Shown: one piece after another, positions 10,209-19,853 of the stretch
Position numbering within the stretch: position 1 is the first letter of the stretch
Layout: each line of letters opens with the position of its first letter
Virus record (IMG/VR): IMGVR_UViG_3300032285_001526
Span: 1-61,361 of that record
Reading direction: 5' to 3' (one strand)
DNA: 61,361 nt
From: a virus
Taxonomy: Duplodnaviria; Caudoviricetes
Made by a program: the position numbers and the translations under genes
Notes under the pieces: generated by a model
Told to the model about the DNA's origin: nothing
Databases searched by the model: none
What the model saw: only the letters and a program-made list of their open reading frames with translations

Positions 10209-10236
10209 TTTATACATCAACAGATGTGTTCAGCAA
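10209..10236 (-). promoter_or_regulatory. Putative promoter for the leader-FGE-capsid transcript
   Basis: TTGCTG-N16-TATAAA. Confidence 0.5.
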
Positions 10237-10244
10237 CAGATTTT

Positions 10245-10823
10245 TTATTTATCTTCAAAAATCTCTTTCATTCTAGTTGATCTATTACGTTCTCCCCTAG
10301 TTTGAACATGCACAACACGCTCAAGTAGTGTTCCCAGTTCTGGTTCAACGCCTAGTATCTCGATCTCTGGACGAACTTTGCCTGATTCACTCAGATCATC
10401 CATCAGAAACTTTTTTAAAACATTTCCACAATGCTCTTTTGTTGCGTAAAACAAATAAGCTGGACCCTCATTTATCAATAGGGTCTTATCCATAAACTTC
10501 TTTGCTTCTTTTGGAGTTAAGTCGATGTTAAGAACATCATAATCACTCATCCACCCGCCCCCAGCAGCGTGTAATGCGCACCAGCGATTAAACCGGGCGT
10601 GATGCCAAGCAATCCGGGCTACTAATTCCTGCGATGACAACGCGAGCGCAGCTAATTTCTGCTGAAGCTTGCCATAAAAGCTGGACCCCTGCGCGTGGGA
10701 GCGGTTCAGCATTAACGGTTCCCAGCCATTAGCCGTCCACGATGTCTTCCACCAGTTGGCGCAGGCAAATTCCTCAGGCTGATCAGAGGCTGGAATGGAT
10801 TGATAGTAAGCGTGAATCTTCAT
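10245..10823 (-). CDS. DXD-motif glycosyltransferase-like protein
   Basis: WKTSW..NGW and RW.ALHAAGGGWMSDYDV, GT-A (GT32-like) signature. Confidence 0.65.
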   Translation of the reverse strand: MKIHAYYQSIPASDQPEEFACANWWKTSWTANGWEPLMLNRSHAQGSSFYGKLQQKLAALALSSQELVARIAWHHARFNRWCALHAAGGGWMSDYDVLNIDLTPKEAKKFMDKTLLINEGPAYLFYATKEHCGNVLKKFLMDDLSESGKVRPEIEILGVEPELGTLLERVVHVQTRGERNRSTRMKEIFEDK

Positions 10824-11828
10824 TTAGTATGTCTTATATCCAACGTGCTTCACCGGGATGCCCAGATCAATGTATGTCTGATGTCCCGCAGCTTTAGCTC
10901 GTTTGCAGAAGCTCACATCCTCGCCATTCCCATTCCCGAGTGGCAAGAAATAATCAAACGGCATCTCGGGATCAGATGATGCTAACTCAGGATACTTTTC
11001 CCGAATAGCCTCGAACACTTTTCGATGAACGAGCAAACACCCGGTTCCAATCCAATCAATCGGCACCACTTTGTCTGCGAAAGCCCGAGCATCAGCAGCG
11101 AGAGACTGGTCACTGCACGCCAATTTGCCTCCTTCCTGCCTTTGGAAGTACGCGGCCCCCACAAGCGTCTTGCCTGCGCCCACAAGCCTGTGCAATACGC
11201 CTCGGGACAAAGCCTGATCGCTCGCTCCCCGGGCATCTGGCACCCAGCTCTTGTACCAAGCCGCTCGTCCAATCGATGGGATCATGTCGTCATCAAGCAG
11301 AAATAGCCACTTTGCGTCAGTCTGAAGGAACTTGTGCGCAATCTTATTCCGGGAGTGGTAGACCATCGAGTCTCCCATCACCAAATCAAACCGTATTTTG
11401 TCCTTCCCAAAGTCCAACGCCAGTGCGGTTAGAACCATCGTTGTGACCGGGTTGCTGGTCTTGTACCAACTCAGTCCGACAAAGATATCCCTGCCAGCAA
11501 ACTCGCAACGATAGGACGGCATCCCGTCTGCGTTGTGCGTTTCAATGATTGGGTTAACGAACTCTTCAGGCTCAGGCACTGGAGCTTCTTCCAGTATTGC
11601 TTTTGCCTTCCTTGCTTTCTTCTTCTCAACCACAGGCTCTGACTCTGGCTGTGACTCTGGCTCTTTGACGGGAATTGGCACTGGAATTTCCGTCACTTCT
11701 GGCTCTTTTTTGGGAATAGGCCGACCGTCTAGCGTCTGCGGAGGACGCACCGGGGTTGCAAATGGGTTGGCTGAGTCTAACGCCGCGATGGTGCGACGTT
11801 CCATTGGAGAGATTTTGACTTCACTCAT
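10824..11828 (-). CDS. GT2-like glycosyltransferase with disordered N-terminus
   Basis: SRNKIAHKFL..WLFLLDDDM, IGTGCLLVHRKVF, GEDVSFCKRA..G..D.G..VKH motifs. Confidence 0.85.
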   Translation of the reverse strand: MSEVKISPMERRTIAALDSANPFATPVRPPQTLDGRPIPKKEPEVTEIPVPIPVKEPESQPESEPVVEKKKARKAKAILEEAPVPEPEEFVNPIIETHNADGMPSYRCEFAGRDIFVGLSWYKTSNPVTTMVLTALALDFGKDKIRFDLVMGDSMVYHSRNKIAHKFLQTDAKWLFLLDDDMIPSIGRAAWYKSWVPDARGASDQALSRGVLHRLVGAGKTLVGAAYFQRQEGGKLACSDQSLAADARAFADKVVPIDWIGTGCLLVHRKVFEAIREKYPELASSDPEMPFDYFLPLGNGNGEDVSFCKRAKAAGHQTYIDLGIPVKHVGYKTY

Positions 11829-13072
11829 GCGCCAGCTTCTTCAAGGCCAAGGTCAATAGCATCGCTCGCGTTCATTTTGATGCGGTCGTTGGTGCTGCTC
11901 TTTGGAGACGACTGCCCAGAGACTGTACTCTTTGGAATCTTGCCAGAAGATTTCAACGCACTGTTCTCTTTCATCAGCTTTTCAATCTGCGCTTGAAGCT
12001 GGGCTTTTGACTGCTGCTCTGCTCGAAGCTGCTGAGTTACAACGTGGCTCAAGGTTGCTGCGGCTGCTACCGCTGCGCGTTCCTGAGCTGTGTTGGGATA
12101 CAGAGCCGAGTTGAACTTTGCCTGCAAGTCAGCGACCCCGGCATTGTGCTTTTGAATCTTCTCAATCTGCGCCTGCGTTGCTCCCTCTGGAACTTCCTGA
12201 AAACGGAACTGAGGACGGTCTTTGGTGATGTTTTCAACGTACTCACCAATCGACTTTGACTGCTGTTGGTACTCTTGCTCCTTTTCAGCCCGACGTTCTT
12301 GCATCCATTGCTCCTGATTAGCAGTTGCCGATTCGAGATCTGCATTTCGAGCAGACTCAATGTCGTCAATTTGCACCAAGGCATTCTCAAGCCGACGAGC
12401 ATCCGTAAATCCGTCTTCCGTTGCGTACAAGCGGTCGATGGCATTCTGTTTCCACCAAGACTTGCTGACTTTGCCGGGTCCGCCTGCGTCCTGAATAGAC
12501 TTGATAACCTCGTCGCTGGCTTTGTGTTTCTTTAGCAGACCGTAGATGCTTTCAGCAGCCTGATTGAGCGGCTTGTCGTATTTCTCTTTGAACGCCGGGT
12601 CGTTCTTCATGTCGAACACCGACCGAAACCGACGCAGTTCATCGTAATCTTCAGGCAGCTTTTGTTCCTGCTGTTTGGATTCCAACTCTACCAGCCGTTG
12701 ACGCAGGATCTCAGCTTCCGCAGCCTGCTTTTTTGCAATCGAGGCAGACTCAGTGAGCTTCCTCCAATTGCTTTGCTGCTTCTCCGACATGTTTGCAGGC
12801 ATCTGAATTGCCGCAATCTCGGGATCGATCTCAACTTTTGGCTGATATACTTCTTCCTTTGGCTCCTCCTCTGTAGGGGCAACCTCGCGAGAGTATTTGC
12901 CTGAAGAGTCTTCTTGAGTGGAAGATTCAATGCCCTCGGCAGCATCGAGCGCAGAATCAATCTGCTCGCTCAAATCTTGAGAGATGGGATCGGCATCCAG
13001 CTTTGCCGCTCCTCCATCTGCGTTTGCTACTGTGCTTTCTGGAACTGCTTCGTTGTCTAGGTCTTGAAACAT
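11825..13072 (-). CDS. Capsid scaffolding protein (putative)
   Basis: Acidic N-terminus, long coiled coils, located between portal and capsid. Confidence 0.65.
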   Translation of the reverse strand: MFQDLDNEAVPESTVANADGGAAKLDADPISQDLSEQIDSALDAAEGIESSTQEDSSGKYSREVAPTEEEPKEEVYQPKVEIDPEIAAIQMPANMSEKQQSNWRKLTESASIAKKQAAEAEILRQRLVELESKQQEQKLPEDYDELRRFRSVFDMKNDPAFKEKYDKPLNQAAESIYGLLKKHKASDEVIKSIQDAGGPGKVSKSWWKQNAIDRLYATEDGFTDARRLENALVQIDDIESARNADLESATANQEQWMQERRAEKEQEYQQQSKSIGEYVENITKDRPQFRFQEVPEGATQAQIEKIQKHNAGVADLQAKFNSALYPNTAQERAAVAAAATLSHVVTQQLRAEQQSKAQLQAQIEKLMKENSALKSSGKIPKSTVSGQSSPKSSTNDRIKMNASDAIDLGLEEAGA

Positions 13073-13074
13073 AA

Positions 13075-13314
13075 TTACATCGATGAATACGAACTTGTTG
13101 AACTATCGTCTGATTGGTTTTGGTCTGCGATAATAGCTTCGAGCGTCTTGATTATAGACTCGGCTCCTTCCTTGAATTTGGCTTCAAGGGCAACCGATTC
13201 AATTGTTTTCCCCAACAGGGGAGGAACATTATTTCTAAGGTGGGCGATTAGTTTTCCGCCTGTTTGCTGATGGTATTGCCTGAATCTTGCACTATCGGAT
13301 TGATTCCACGTCAT
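13075..13314 (-). CDS. Small post-portal hypothetical protein
   Basis: 79 aa ORF packed between portal and scaffold. Confidence 0.65.
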   Translation of the reverse strand: MTWNQSDSARFRQYHQQTGGKLIAHLRNNVPPLLGKTIESVALEAKFKEGAESIIKTLEAIIADQNQSDDSSTSSYSSM

Positions 13315-13317
13315 AAT

Positions 13318-15723
13318 TTATGCTGCTGTCGGCGGGCGAGGCGGATTTGCCACTCCCGAAATCAATTGGTTTTGCGATGGCCCCTGCTGCTGGCTGTATA
13401 TGCTGCCAGCTTCACGCATTGCCGCTCCTGTAGGTTTCTGCCCGCTACGAGGAGGAGCCGCTGCCGGGGTAACATCTGGCGGAGGCGGGGTTCCGTGGCC
13501 CGCCGTAAGATGCGCTGCTGCTTCTTTGTACGCTTTCTTGTACTGTCCAATCGCTTCAGCGGGAGCACCTTTAGCTTCTGCCGCTTGAATGTGAGCAGCA
13601 AAGTGCTGCATAGCCTGCACCAGTGGCTGAATGCCTTCTGGAGTTAATCCCCCGGGCGGGATGTTTGCGATGACAGGCATCAACTTCTGCACCATCGTAT
13701 CGAGGTGAACAGTGTCGTTGTCTCGGGGTGAAACAGGAATATTCTGACCTGCAATGATCGCCTGAAGCTCAAGGATCTGCTGGCGGGTAGCCTCGATAGC
13801 CATTGCCTCAACCTGATCCTTCGGCAGGATGACTTCGTTTGCTGTCGTCTCACCCAGCTTCCGAACCCAATCAAGCTTCAAGAGCGCATCCTGATTCACT
13901 GCCGGGTTGCCCATATACCGCTGCACCATCAGATCCAATACCTGATTATCCTGAGCGGTTGTGTCGGGAATAAGTTCTGAAGCAGGGCTGTATGCCATCA
14001 GCAGAATATCCGCCGGGGCGATGTTCTTTTCCAGCAACTCAAGGCAGCAAGCGACTGCATCTTCATCGAGGTGTTCGGACACTTCAAACGGCACAAGGAA
14101 CGGAGGCAACTCAAGGAATGAACGGTCAAACGCATCAACCACTTCCCTGCGTGCCCAAATCGCACCTTTCTCAACCTGCCTAGCCATATCGAGTTTCAAC
14201 TTCAAATCTGCCGCAGCCTTGAGGTGCTCGGGATGGCAGATGCCTCGCTGCATACGGTCAACACCTTTGCTGAACTGGCGAGAAAACCGCATCAGAATTC
14301 CCTGACGAAGCTGGTTCTCAATAGCTGCAACGCGATTGACTTCTGAGGCTGTTTTCTTGCCCTGAGTCTCCATTGGGCTCCCGGGAAGGAATGTCCCCAC
14401 CTGAATCTCAGCAAGCTGGCTGACAAATCGGTCAAGCTGCAAGAAATCACCAATGTCAGCAGGCATTGACTGAGGCACAACGTCGTAGCCTTCCGACACA
14501 AACGCAACCGGGTGATGCACCGTTAACGGGGCGATGTTAGGCTTTGCTGTCGGACCTTTCTTGAGTAACAGCAAACCCTTGATGTAGCTATTGTCTACCA
14601 CAAGGTTGCGAGCTTTATCGACAGCAACGTGCGTGTTATAGAGGTCGCGCCCGGCACCCCGGGAGGACATTAAGTTTCCCGATCCGATCTCGACAGCAAA
14701 CAGGCAGAGTGTTTCCGACATGCGGTTGTAGCGATCAACCTGCGTACAAATCTCATCTCCGCTTTTGTCGTCGAAAAGGTAGCGGGAGATCTTCCCGTGT
14801 GGCTCTTTGACAAGGATCTCACCCAACTCCACATACTTTGCGTCATTCTCGTAAGAAGCCCCGTAGGAGCCTTCTCTGATCCAGTCTTCATACCGTCTAG
14901 CGTCGTCATCTGCGTCGAGCGTGCGCCCCGCAGGAATAGCGTTATTTATCGCTTTGATGAGGTTCTTGATATTCCACCCAGCAAGGATGCTCATCTGCTC
15001 GTTTTCAAGGATCGGCATTAGCTCGGCAATTTGATACCGACGCTTGCGAGCCCAGATCGGAGTCGCATCCGAAACCATTGGAGTCTCAATGCTGAAAAAA
15101 GTGTAGTCCTGACGCAGGAAATCGGGTTTCCAATCGCGCAAATCATCCCAACACCAGCCGCAGAATCCGAAAGTCGTGTTTTCGTGAACAGTCTGCGCCA
15201 CAAGGTCATCAAACCCGGCCCAGCCCCGGATTGTCTTTGTGATCGCTTCTCTAAAAGTCTTCGTCTTGTACTCAGAGTCAACGGACTCAACTGGGTATTT
15301 GGAAAACGTCAGCGTAGCAGCCTGCTCAATTACTTCTTTGAAAGGCGGCTGAATACGCGAAACCATAGTACTGAGGAACCCAGTAGGACGGTTAGAGCGC
15401 CAATTTTGGCCCATCGACTCCAGTTTTTTAGGTTGGTAAGGAGGTTCATTGTTCAGCTTTTTCTGAATTAATTGATTCTTTCGGTTCCTCTCGACGTTCT
15501 GCTGCTTGAGCCTGCGGTAGGCCGAGTGCGCCTGCGCGGCATCTTTGAACGTCCGCCGCACTTGCAACGTATCCGGGTCAACGGTCTGGTCCTTACCGTA
15601 GTTTGGATCGGTTACTTCCAGATCCATTATCCGAGGCTTATCGTGATGGTCTCCCATTCGGGGTGCCTTATCGGCAAAGCGGTCGGTGATTTTTGGGTCC
15701 AGAGGTTTAGCTACGTTTGCCAT
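13318..15723 (-). CDS. Portal protein
   Basis: 801 aa helical protein with KTASEV motif and DNDTVH tail motif of podoviral portals; position before scaffold. Confidence 0.8.
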   Translation of the reverse strand: MANVAKPLDPKITDRFADKAPRMGDHHDKPRIMDLEVTDPNYGKDQTVDPDTLQVRRTFKDAAQAHSAYRRLKQQNVERNRKNQLIQKKLNNEPPYQPKKLESMGQNWRSNRPTGFLSTMVSRIQPPFKEVIEQAATLTFSKYPVESVDSEYKTKTFREAITKTIRGWAGFDDLVAQTVHENTTFGFCGWCWDDLRDWKPDFLRQDYTFFSIETPMVSDATPIWARKRRYQIAELMPILENEQMSILAGWNIKNLIKAINNAIPAGRTLDADDDARRYEDWIREGSYGASYENDAKYVELGEILVKEPHGKISRYLFDDKSGDEICTQVDRYNRMSETLCLFAVEIGSGNLMSSRGAGRDLYNTHVAVDKARNLVVDNSYIKGLLLLKKGPTAKPNIAPLTVHHPVAFVSEGYDVVPQSMPADIGDFLQLDRFVSQLAEIQVGTFLPGSPMETQGKKTASEVNRVAAIENQLRQGILMRFSRQFSKGVDRMQRGICHPEHLKAAADLKLKLDMARQVEKGAIWARREVVDAFDRSFLELPPFLVPFEVSEHLDEDAVACCLELLEKNIAPADILLMAYSPASELIPDTTAQDNQVLDLMVQRYMGNPAVNQDALLKLDWVRKLGETTANEVILPKDQVEAMAIEATRQQILELQAIIAGQNIPVSPRDNDTVHLDTMVQKLMPVIANIPPGGLTPEGIQPLVQAMQHFAAHIQAAEAKGAPAEAIGQYKKAYKEAAAHLTAGHGTPPPPDVTPAAAPPRSGQKPTGAAMREAGSIYSQQQGPSQNQLISGVANPPRPPTAA

Positions 15724-15724
15724 A

Positions 15725-16303
15725 CTAAATATTCACCCAGCAGTTTTCAGGAAGATTGGTCGCTCGCTGGAGCACAGACCGATCCATAAAGATTGCAGCT
15801 CGGTTGTCATGCCGCATTAGCGAGCACCCACCGAGAACCGCAGACGATTGCGTGTCCCGGGCCTGCCGCACACTGGCAGTGATTCGCTCGGTCGCAGTTA
15901 TGCAACTTGAACACCCACCCCGCCAGTTCACATTGTTTGGGCAGGCTCGGCAGGTTTGCGCCCGGGCTTCTGCGAGATCATCAGGCACAAGCGGGTGAGG
16001 ATCTGGAGAATTCAGGATGTTTTTCGCCCAAGCCTGCACGTCATTCATCAACTCTGACGTAGCGGTAGGCCGATTGATGGACGTGACAACGACCATATCA
16101 ACCCCGTGGCAGAAATTAGGCCAATTCGCGCAGATGTACGAATTCACGTCCCCTTCAATATCCCCGCCATCGAGGTGATTCTCGGCTCGATATGACTCAA
16201 CAACCTTCAAAAGATTATCATAAGAATACCCAGTCAACTTAACGTCAGACTGGTAGTAATGCCATCCCCCGGGAGGGATCATTCCTATGATTGGTTTCGC
16301 CAT
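15725..16303 (-). CDS. Cys-rich hypothetical protein upstream of portal
   Basis: IPPGGWHY N-terminus; CANWPNFC, CRACP, CSSC, GC and ENCW cysteines. Confidence 0.75.
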   Translation of the reverse strand: MAKPIIGMIPPGGWHYYQSDVKLTGYSYDNLLKVVESYRAENHLDGGDIEGDVNSYICANWPNFCHGVDMVVVTSINRPTATSELMNDVQAWAKNILNSPDPHPLVPDDLAEARAQTCRACPNNVNWRGGCSSCITATERITASVRQARDTQSSAVLGGCSLMRHDNRAAIFMDRSVLQRATNLPENCWVNI

Positions 16304-16334
16304 TTGCTCGTATATTATCTCAAACGCCATTTAT

Positions 16335-16853
16335 TCACAGAACAAATTCGTGATGGCATTTTGGGCAAATAGTTGTGTCTTTCTCGGCTTTTTGCTCCTT
16401 TTCTTCCTCGATTTCGGGGATTTCGTCTGGAGAACCCAATAATTCAGTCAATTCTTCAGCGTTAAATCCGAGGGCAGAAATGTCAAATCCAGCCTCCTGC
16501 AACTCATCCAACTCTACAGCCAGCATGTCAAAGTTCCACGTCGCCATCTGAGGCAACTGGTTGTCGGCAATGGTGTACGCCCGCACCTGCGCTTCGCTCA
16601 AGCTGTCTAACACTATGCAAGGAGCTTCTAAGAGCCCCAACTCATACGCTGCTTTCACTCTCCCGTGGCCTGCAATGATCCGACCCGTAGCATTGATGAG
16701 AATAGGATTTGTGAATCCAAACTCTTTTATGCTGCGTTTTAGTGCATCAATTTGCGCTCCATCGTGAACCCTAGAATTGAACTGATAAGCTCTCAATTCA
16801 CTCAAAGGCTTCATCACAATCTCTGGAACATTATTCTTTGTAGAGTCGTTCAT
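16335..16853 (-). CDS. ParB/Srx-like N-terminal domain protein
   Basis: NSRVH..QI..L..SIKEFGFTNPILI...IIAGHGRVKAA...IADN; C-terminal CPKC. Confidence 0.9.
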   Translation of the reverse strand: MNDSTKNNVPEIVMKPLSELRAYQFNSRVHDGAQIDALKRSIKEFGFTNPILINATGRIIAGHGRVKAAYELGLLEAPCIVLDSLSEAQVRAYTIADNQLPQMATWNFDMLAVELDELQEAGFDISALGFNAEELTELLGSPDEIPEIEEEKEQKAEKDTTICPKCHHEFVL

Positions 16854-17031
16854 GCGTTGGACAAATAAATACCTTCATTCCTGATGTAAGCGTTGTTTGT
16901 TGACTCGTCAAGACATCACACTTTTCGTAATGTTTTGTGCCGTTTCTCTCAGTAACGGTAATGTGCCCGCACTGGTGCAACTTCTTCGGCTTTGACTGCG
17001 TTTCTTTTTTGGGAAGTTTGTAGTTTTTCAT
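16831..17031 (-). CDS. Small hypothetical Cys/His protein
   Basis: ORF track; packed into the operon. Confidence 0.5.
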   Translation of the reverse strand: MKNYKLPKKETQSKPKKLHQCGHITVTERNGTKHYEKCDVLTSQQTTLTSGMKVFICPTHERLYKE

Positions 17032-17146
17032 TGAAAATTGATCACGCTACGTCAGGATTTCATTCCTAACCACTAACCTATCCGGGCGGACGGGTTGTGG
17101 AGCGGTGATGCTATACAGAGAACCCTAGGCTCGTGAGTGCGATGTC

Positions 17147-17572
17147 CTAGGGTTTTTCTCTTAAGACAACTGTGTTGCTCCCGTTTTTCCCCCGGCACAC
17201 TGGACAATCCTCTCTCTGTCCGAGATAGCCAATCGACCTGCTGTTCACCCCAGAGTCCCATCCGCAAGCCTCGCAGTGTTTTTGATACGTTGCTACAAAG
17301 TGGTCTTCCTGCGCCTTAATCAGCCGCTGCAACGCTTTTGGCTTCATCTCAGGCTGCTCTAGCGGTCCATACCAAACAATGTGCTCTGCGTTGTGCCCGC
17401 ACTGGGACTGCATTCCGAACGGCAGCTCGGAAGTCTTGATCCACAGTAGCTTGTAGTACAACCCCTTGCGCCTTCCGTACTCGTCCGGGTACTCCAGAAT
17501 CCCGACCCAGTAATATCCAGCCTTTGTTGGCTTAAAATCTGACAGCAATTCCCACTTTTGTCGTCTAATCAT
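17147..17572 (-). CDS. Hypothetical protein with C-terminal zinc ribbon
   Basis: PTKAGYYW N-terminus; CEAC...CPVC. Confidence 0.7.
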   Translation of the reverse strand: MIRRQKWELLSDFKPTKAGYYWVGILEYPDEYGRRKGLYYKLLWIKTSELPFGMQSQCGHNAEHIVWYGPLEQPEMKPKALQRLIKAQEDHFVATYQKHCEACGWDSGVNSRSIGYLGQREDCPVCRGKNGSNTVVLREKP

Positions 17573-17921
17573 CTGTCGGCTTACGTTTCCTTTTATATGC
17601 TCTTTTTGTCAACGGACGAGGTTTCGTAACAACTTTGTCCTCAGCTTGATGAACGGTCTGTATGAACACTGAAATCCACGCCCAGTTGCAGCTAACCCCG
17701 ACATTTAACAGCACTTCTGTCCAACTCGGGGTGCTTAAAGTCCAAATGTTTGCTACTGCTCCGCAAAAAGTCAAAGTGGCCGCAGCTTTACAGAACAGTG
17801 CAACGGTCGGACGAGCGTAGATCGGGCTGTTTGGGTGCCCAAAGATTTTGAGAATTAAATGCAGCGCAGATACCGACAGCACTACATTAGCGGTGACGTT
17901 TAGTAGTGTTAGCGGGTTCAT
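17565..17921 (-). CDS. Membrane protein (3 TM segments)
   Basis: Three hydrophobic segments and a basic tail. Confidence 0.65.
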   Translation of the reverse strand: MNPLTLLNVTANVVLSVSALHLILKIFGHPNSPIYARPTVALFCKAAATLTFCGAVANIWTLSTPSWTEVLLNVGVSCNWAWISVFIQTVHQAEDKVVTKPRPLTKRAYKRKRKPTDD

Positions 17922-18204
17922 TTGTTGTAAATATCTTGCCGACAATTATTTCTACTCCTCTTAATCCACAGAATCCCAGCAAAAAAGCTGCTGCAAAAGC
18001 ATACTGCGGTTCCCCATCCAGATGGGCGACCTTGAGAACTAAAGGGGTGACGTAGTTTGCCGACGCTGCGCCCCCTAAAAGAGAAGCAAGAGTCTTTGGC
18101 AACGACGCAGCAGCCGTCTTGCTGCTCATCAGGACACTGCCTGCCAAGCCTGCAATGGCTAATCCAACGTCAATACCCTCTTGCTTCAAGTCCATATCAT
18201 TCAT
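17887..18204 (-). CDS. Holin-like membrane protein
   Basis: AGLAGSVL..GAASANYVTP..AFLLGFCGL pattern of 3-TM phage holin-like proteins. Confidence 0.6.
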   Translation of the reverse strand: MNDMDLKQEGIDVGLAIAGLAGSVLMSSKTAAASLPKTLASLLGGAASANYVTPLVLKVAHLDGEPQYAFAAAFLLGFCGLRGVEIIVGKIFTTNEPANTTKRHR

Positions 18205-18442
18205 CTTCATCCTCTTCTTCTTCGTTAAGTTCAACAACAAACTGAATTTCGTTAAACCGATCCACAAACATTTCAGCCTGCTTTACCCTAGCAAAGATGT
18301 TGCCGATCCCAGCAGAAAACGGAGCGGTGCTCTCATGCGTGTCAATCTGCGTAAATATCTGAACACAATCAAAATGTTCCCCCAGTGCTTCCGCGACTCG
18401 GTTCAGGAAGTCCTGATTACTTTCACCGTTTACTGGGTTCAT
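18197..18442 (-). CDS. Hypothetical protein
   Basis: LGEHFDCVQIF...GNIFAR motif, coupled to neighbours. Confidence 0.7.
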   Translation of the reverse strand: MNPVNGESNQDFLNRVAEALGEHFDCVQIFTQIDTHESTAPFSAGIGNIFARVKQAEMFVDRFNEIQFVVELNEEEEDEDE

Positions 18443-18693
18443 AATTTGTAATGTGGGGTTCTAAACACTTTACCATTTTTGGCAACGCATCTAAATATTT
18501 TACTTTCTGCCTTTCTCTTTGAAAGAATACGACGAACCGTTTGATGATCTACATCTAATCTTTCGGCTATAGTGGCAATAGTATGCCACCCCTCTGGAGC
18601 AAACGGAACATTCACTTCCGCTGCTAATTCATCCAACCAGTTTTTTACACTGGAAGCTTGAACGTTTGATTTTTTGTCTCTTTTGCCAGCCAT
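18439..18693 (-). CDS. Small HTH-like protein
   Basis: PEGWHTIATIAERLDVDHQTVRR. Confidence 0.6.
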   Translation of the reverse strand: MAGKRDKKSNVQASSVKNWLDELAAEVNVPFAPEGWHTIATIAERLDVDHQTVRRILSKRKAESKIFRCVAKNGKVFRTPHYKL

Positions 18694-19391
18694 ACAATTG
18701 TCTCGTTATCAGTGTATTCCCCAAATGCAAAGCCTCGGCTCCAGCTCGACGTGGCCCGCCGCAAGGCTGCATATCCCATCTGCTCTGTCTCGCCCAGCCA
18801 TCCCACACAATACCCTGTCGGATGCGCCCTATTGCGTCCCTCTGCCTGCGTGACCCGGTGCAGGTGTGCGATGACCACTTTGTTGGCAGAACCCTGACAA
18901 ATAGCCTCTGCGTGATCGCGAACGGCAGCTTCATTAATCATGTACCCGTGGCCGAACAATGCATCTCCATATTGTCTCCACCCATTTTGGAAGGAATACG
19001 GCACAACCTCGCATTTAATCTCTTTTGCCCTGTCGGTGATCTGCGAATAGATCCGACAAGCCAGCGACGAAACAATAGCCCGGGGCGATTCCATCAGCGT
19101 GAACAGCCTGTGTTCGTGATTCCCCAACAAATAAACAGACGGCTCAAACCTCGAAATGAAGTTCAAGCCGTCGTTTAAATCTCCCTCCGGGTCCGCTGCC
19201 TCGTCAGCCGTTCCAATTGCCCCAGTTCTTAAGCATGCAAGGTCAATATGATCACCTAACGCTATGCAGGTGTGCGGCTTCCATCGCTCTTTAAAAGCGA
19301 AAACCTGTTTCAGCAGAGACTGGTCAACGAGATGCCCGTGAGTGCAACCCACTGCCATAAATCGTTTCCATCTGCGAGTAATATTTGGCAT
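18645..19391 (-). CDS. Calcineurin-like metallophosphoesterase
   Basis: GCTHG, LGDHID, LGNHE, FGHG and AHLH motifs. Confidence 0.85.
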   Translation of the reverse strand: MPNITRRWKRFMAVGCTHGHLVDQSLLKQVFAFKERWKPHTCIALGDHIDLACLRTGAIGTADEAADPEGDLNDGLNFISRFEPSVYLLGNHEHRLFTLMESPRAIVSSLACRIYSQITDRAKEIKCEVVPYSFQNGWRQYGDALFGHGYMINEAAVRDHAEAICQGSANKVVIAHLHRVTQAEGRNRAHPTGYCVGWLGETEQMGYAALRRATSSWSRGFAFGEYTDNETIVWLAKETKNQTFKLPV

Positions 19392-19453
19392 GCAACCACT
19401 TGTTTCTCACAGATAAATTCTTTTTCAAATGGAAAACGTGCAAATCTGGCATG

Positions 19454-19606
19454 TCACTTTGATTTAACAGCCTTGTCGCCTTGTATCTCAGCCATCTTCA
19501 CTTTGGTTTCTTGCTCCAGCCTAGAGTTCAAATAACAAGTCACTGCTCCTGTTAGCCAGCAGAAGCAGATCACAAGCATAAAGCGATCAAATTGATGGTC
19601 TTCCAT
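19454..19606 (-). CDS. Small single-TM protein
   Basis: MEDHQFDRFMLVICFCWLTGAV. Confidence 0.5.
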   Translation of the reverse strand: MEDHQFDRFMLVICFCWLTGAVTCYLNSRLEQETKVKMAEIQGDKAVKSK

Positions 19607-19607
19607 A

Positions 19608-19853
19608 TCACTCAAGAGCTTCAAGACGTTGAATTTCTCTGTCAATATACCACCGAGCTTTCTTTAAGTCTTCAAGAGCTTCTCCCTTTAGCCCTTGTCG
19701 CCACAAATACTTCATCGCATTCCCGCAATTGAAGTTCATATGCTCGCAAATCGTGATTGCTTCAACCCCGGACGGGTGCTCGGTGTAATGGCTCGGATGC
19801 TCAACAGGGTCGTGTCTAGGGTGGTGAAATGTGTCGTCAACCTCTCGATTCAT
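19608..19853 (-). CDS. DUF3310 (SaV-like) protein
   Basis: DPVEHPSHY..VEAI..GNAMKYLWR.GLKG..EDLKKARWYI. Confidence 0.9.
   Translation of the reverse strand: MNREVDDTFHHPRHDPVEHPSHYTEHPSGVEAITICEHMNFNCGNAMKYLWRQGLKGEALEDLKKARWYIDREIQRLEALE

Noticed and set aside
16335-16853. Plasmid partition system
   Set aside because: Only the ParB/Srx N-terminal domain; no ParA and no DNA-binding HTH seen
17121-17154. Inverted repeat AACCCTAGG...CCTAGGGTT as terminator
   Set aside because: The 9-bp stem is real but has a long loop, overlaps a stop codon and lacks a U tract on the coding strand; too weak to call
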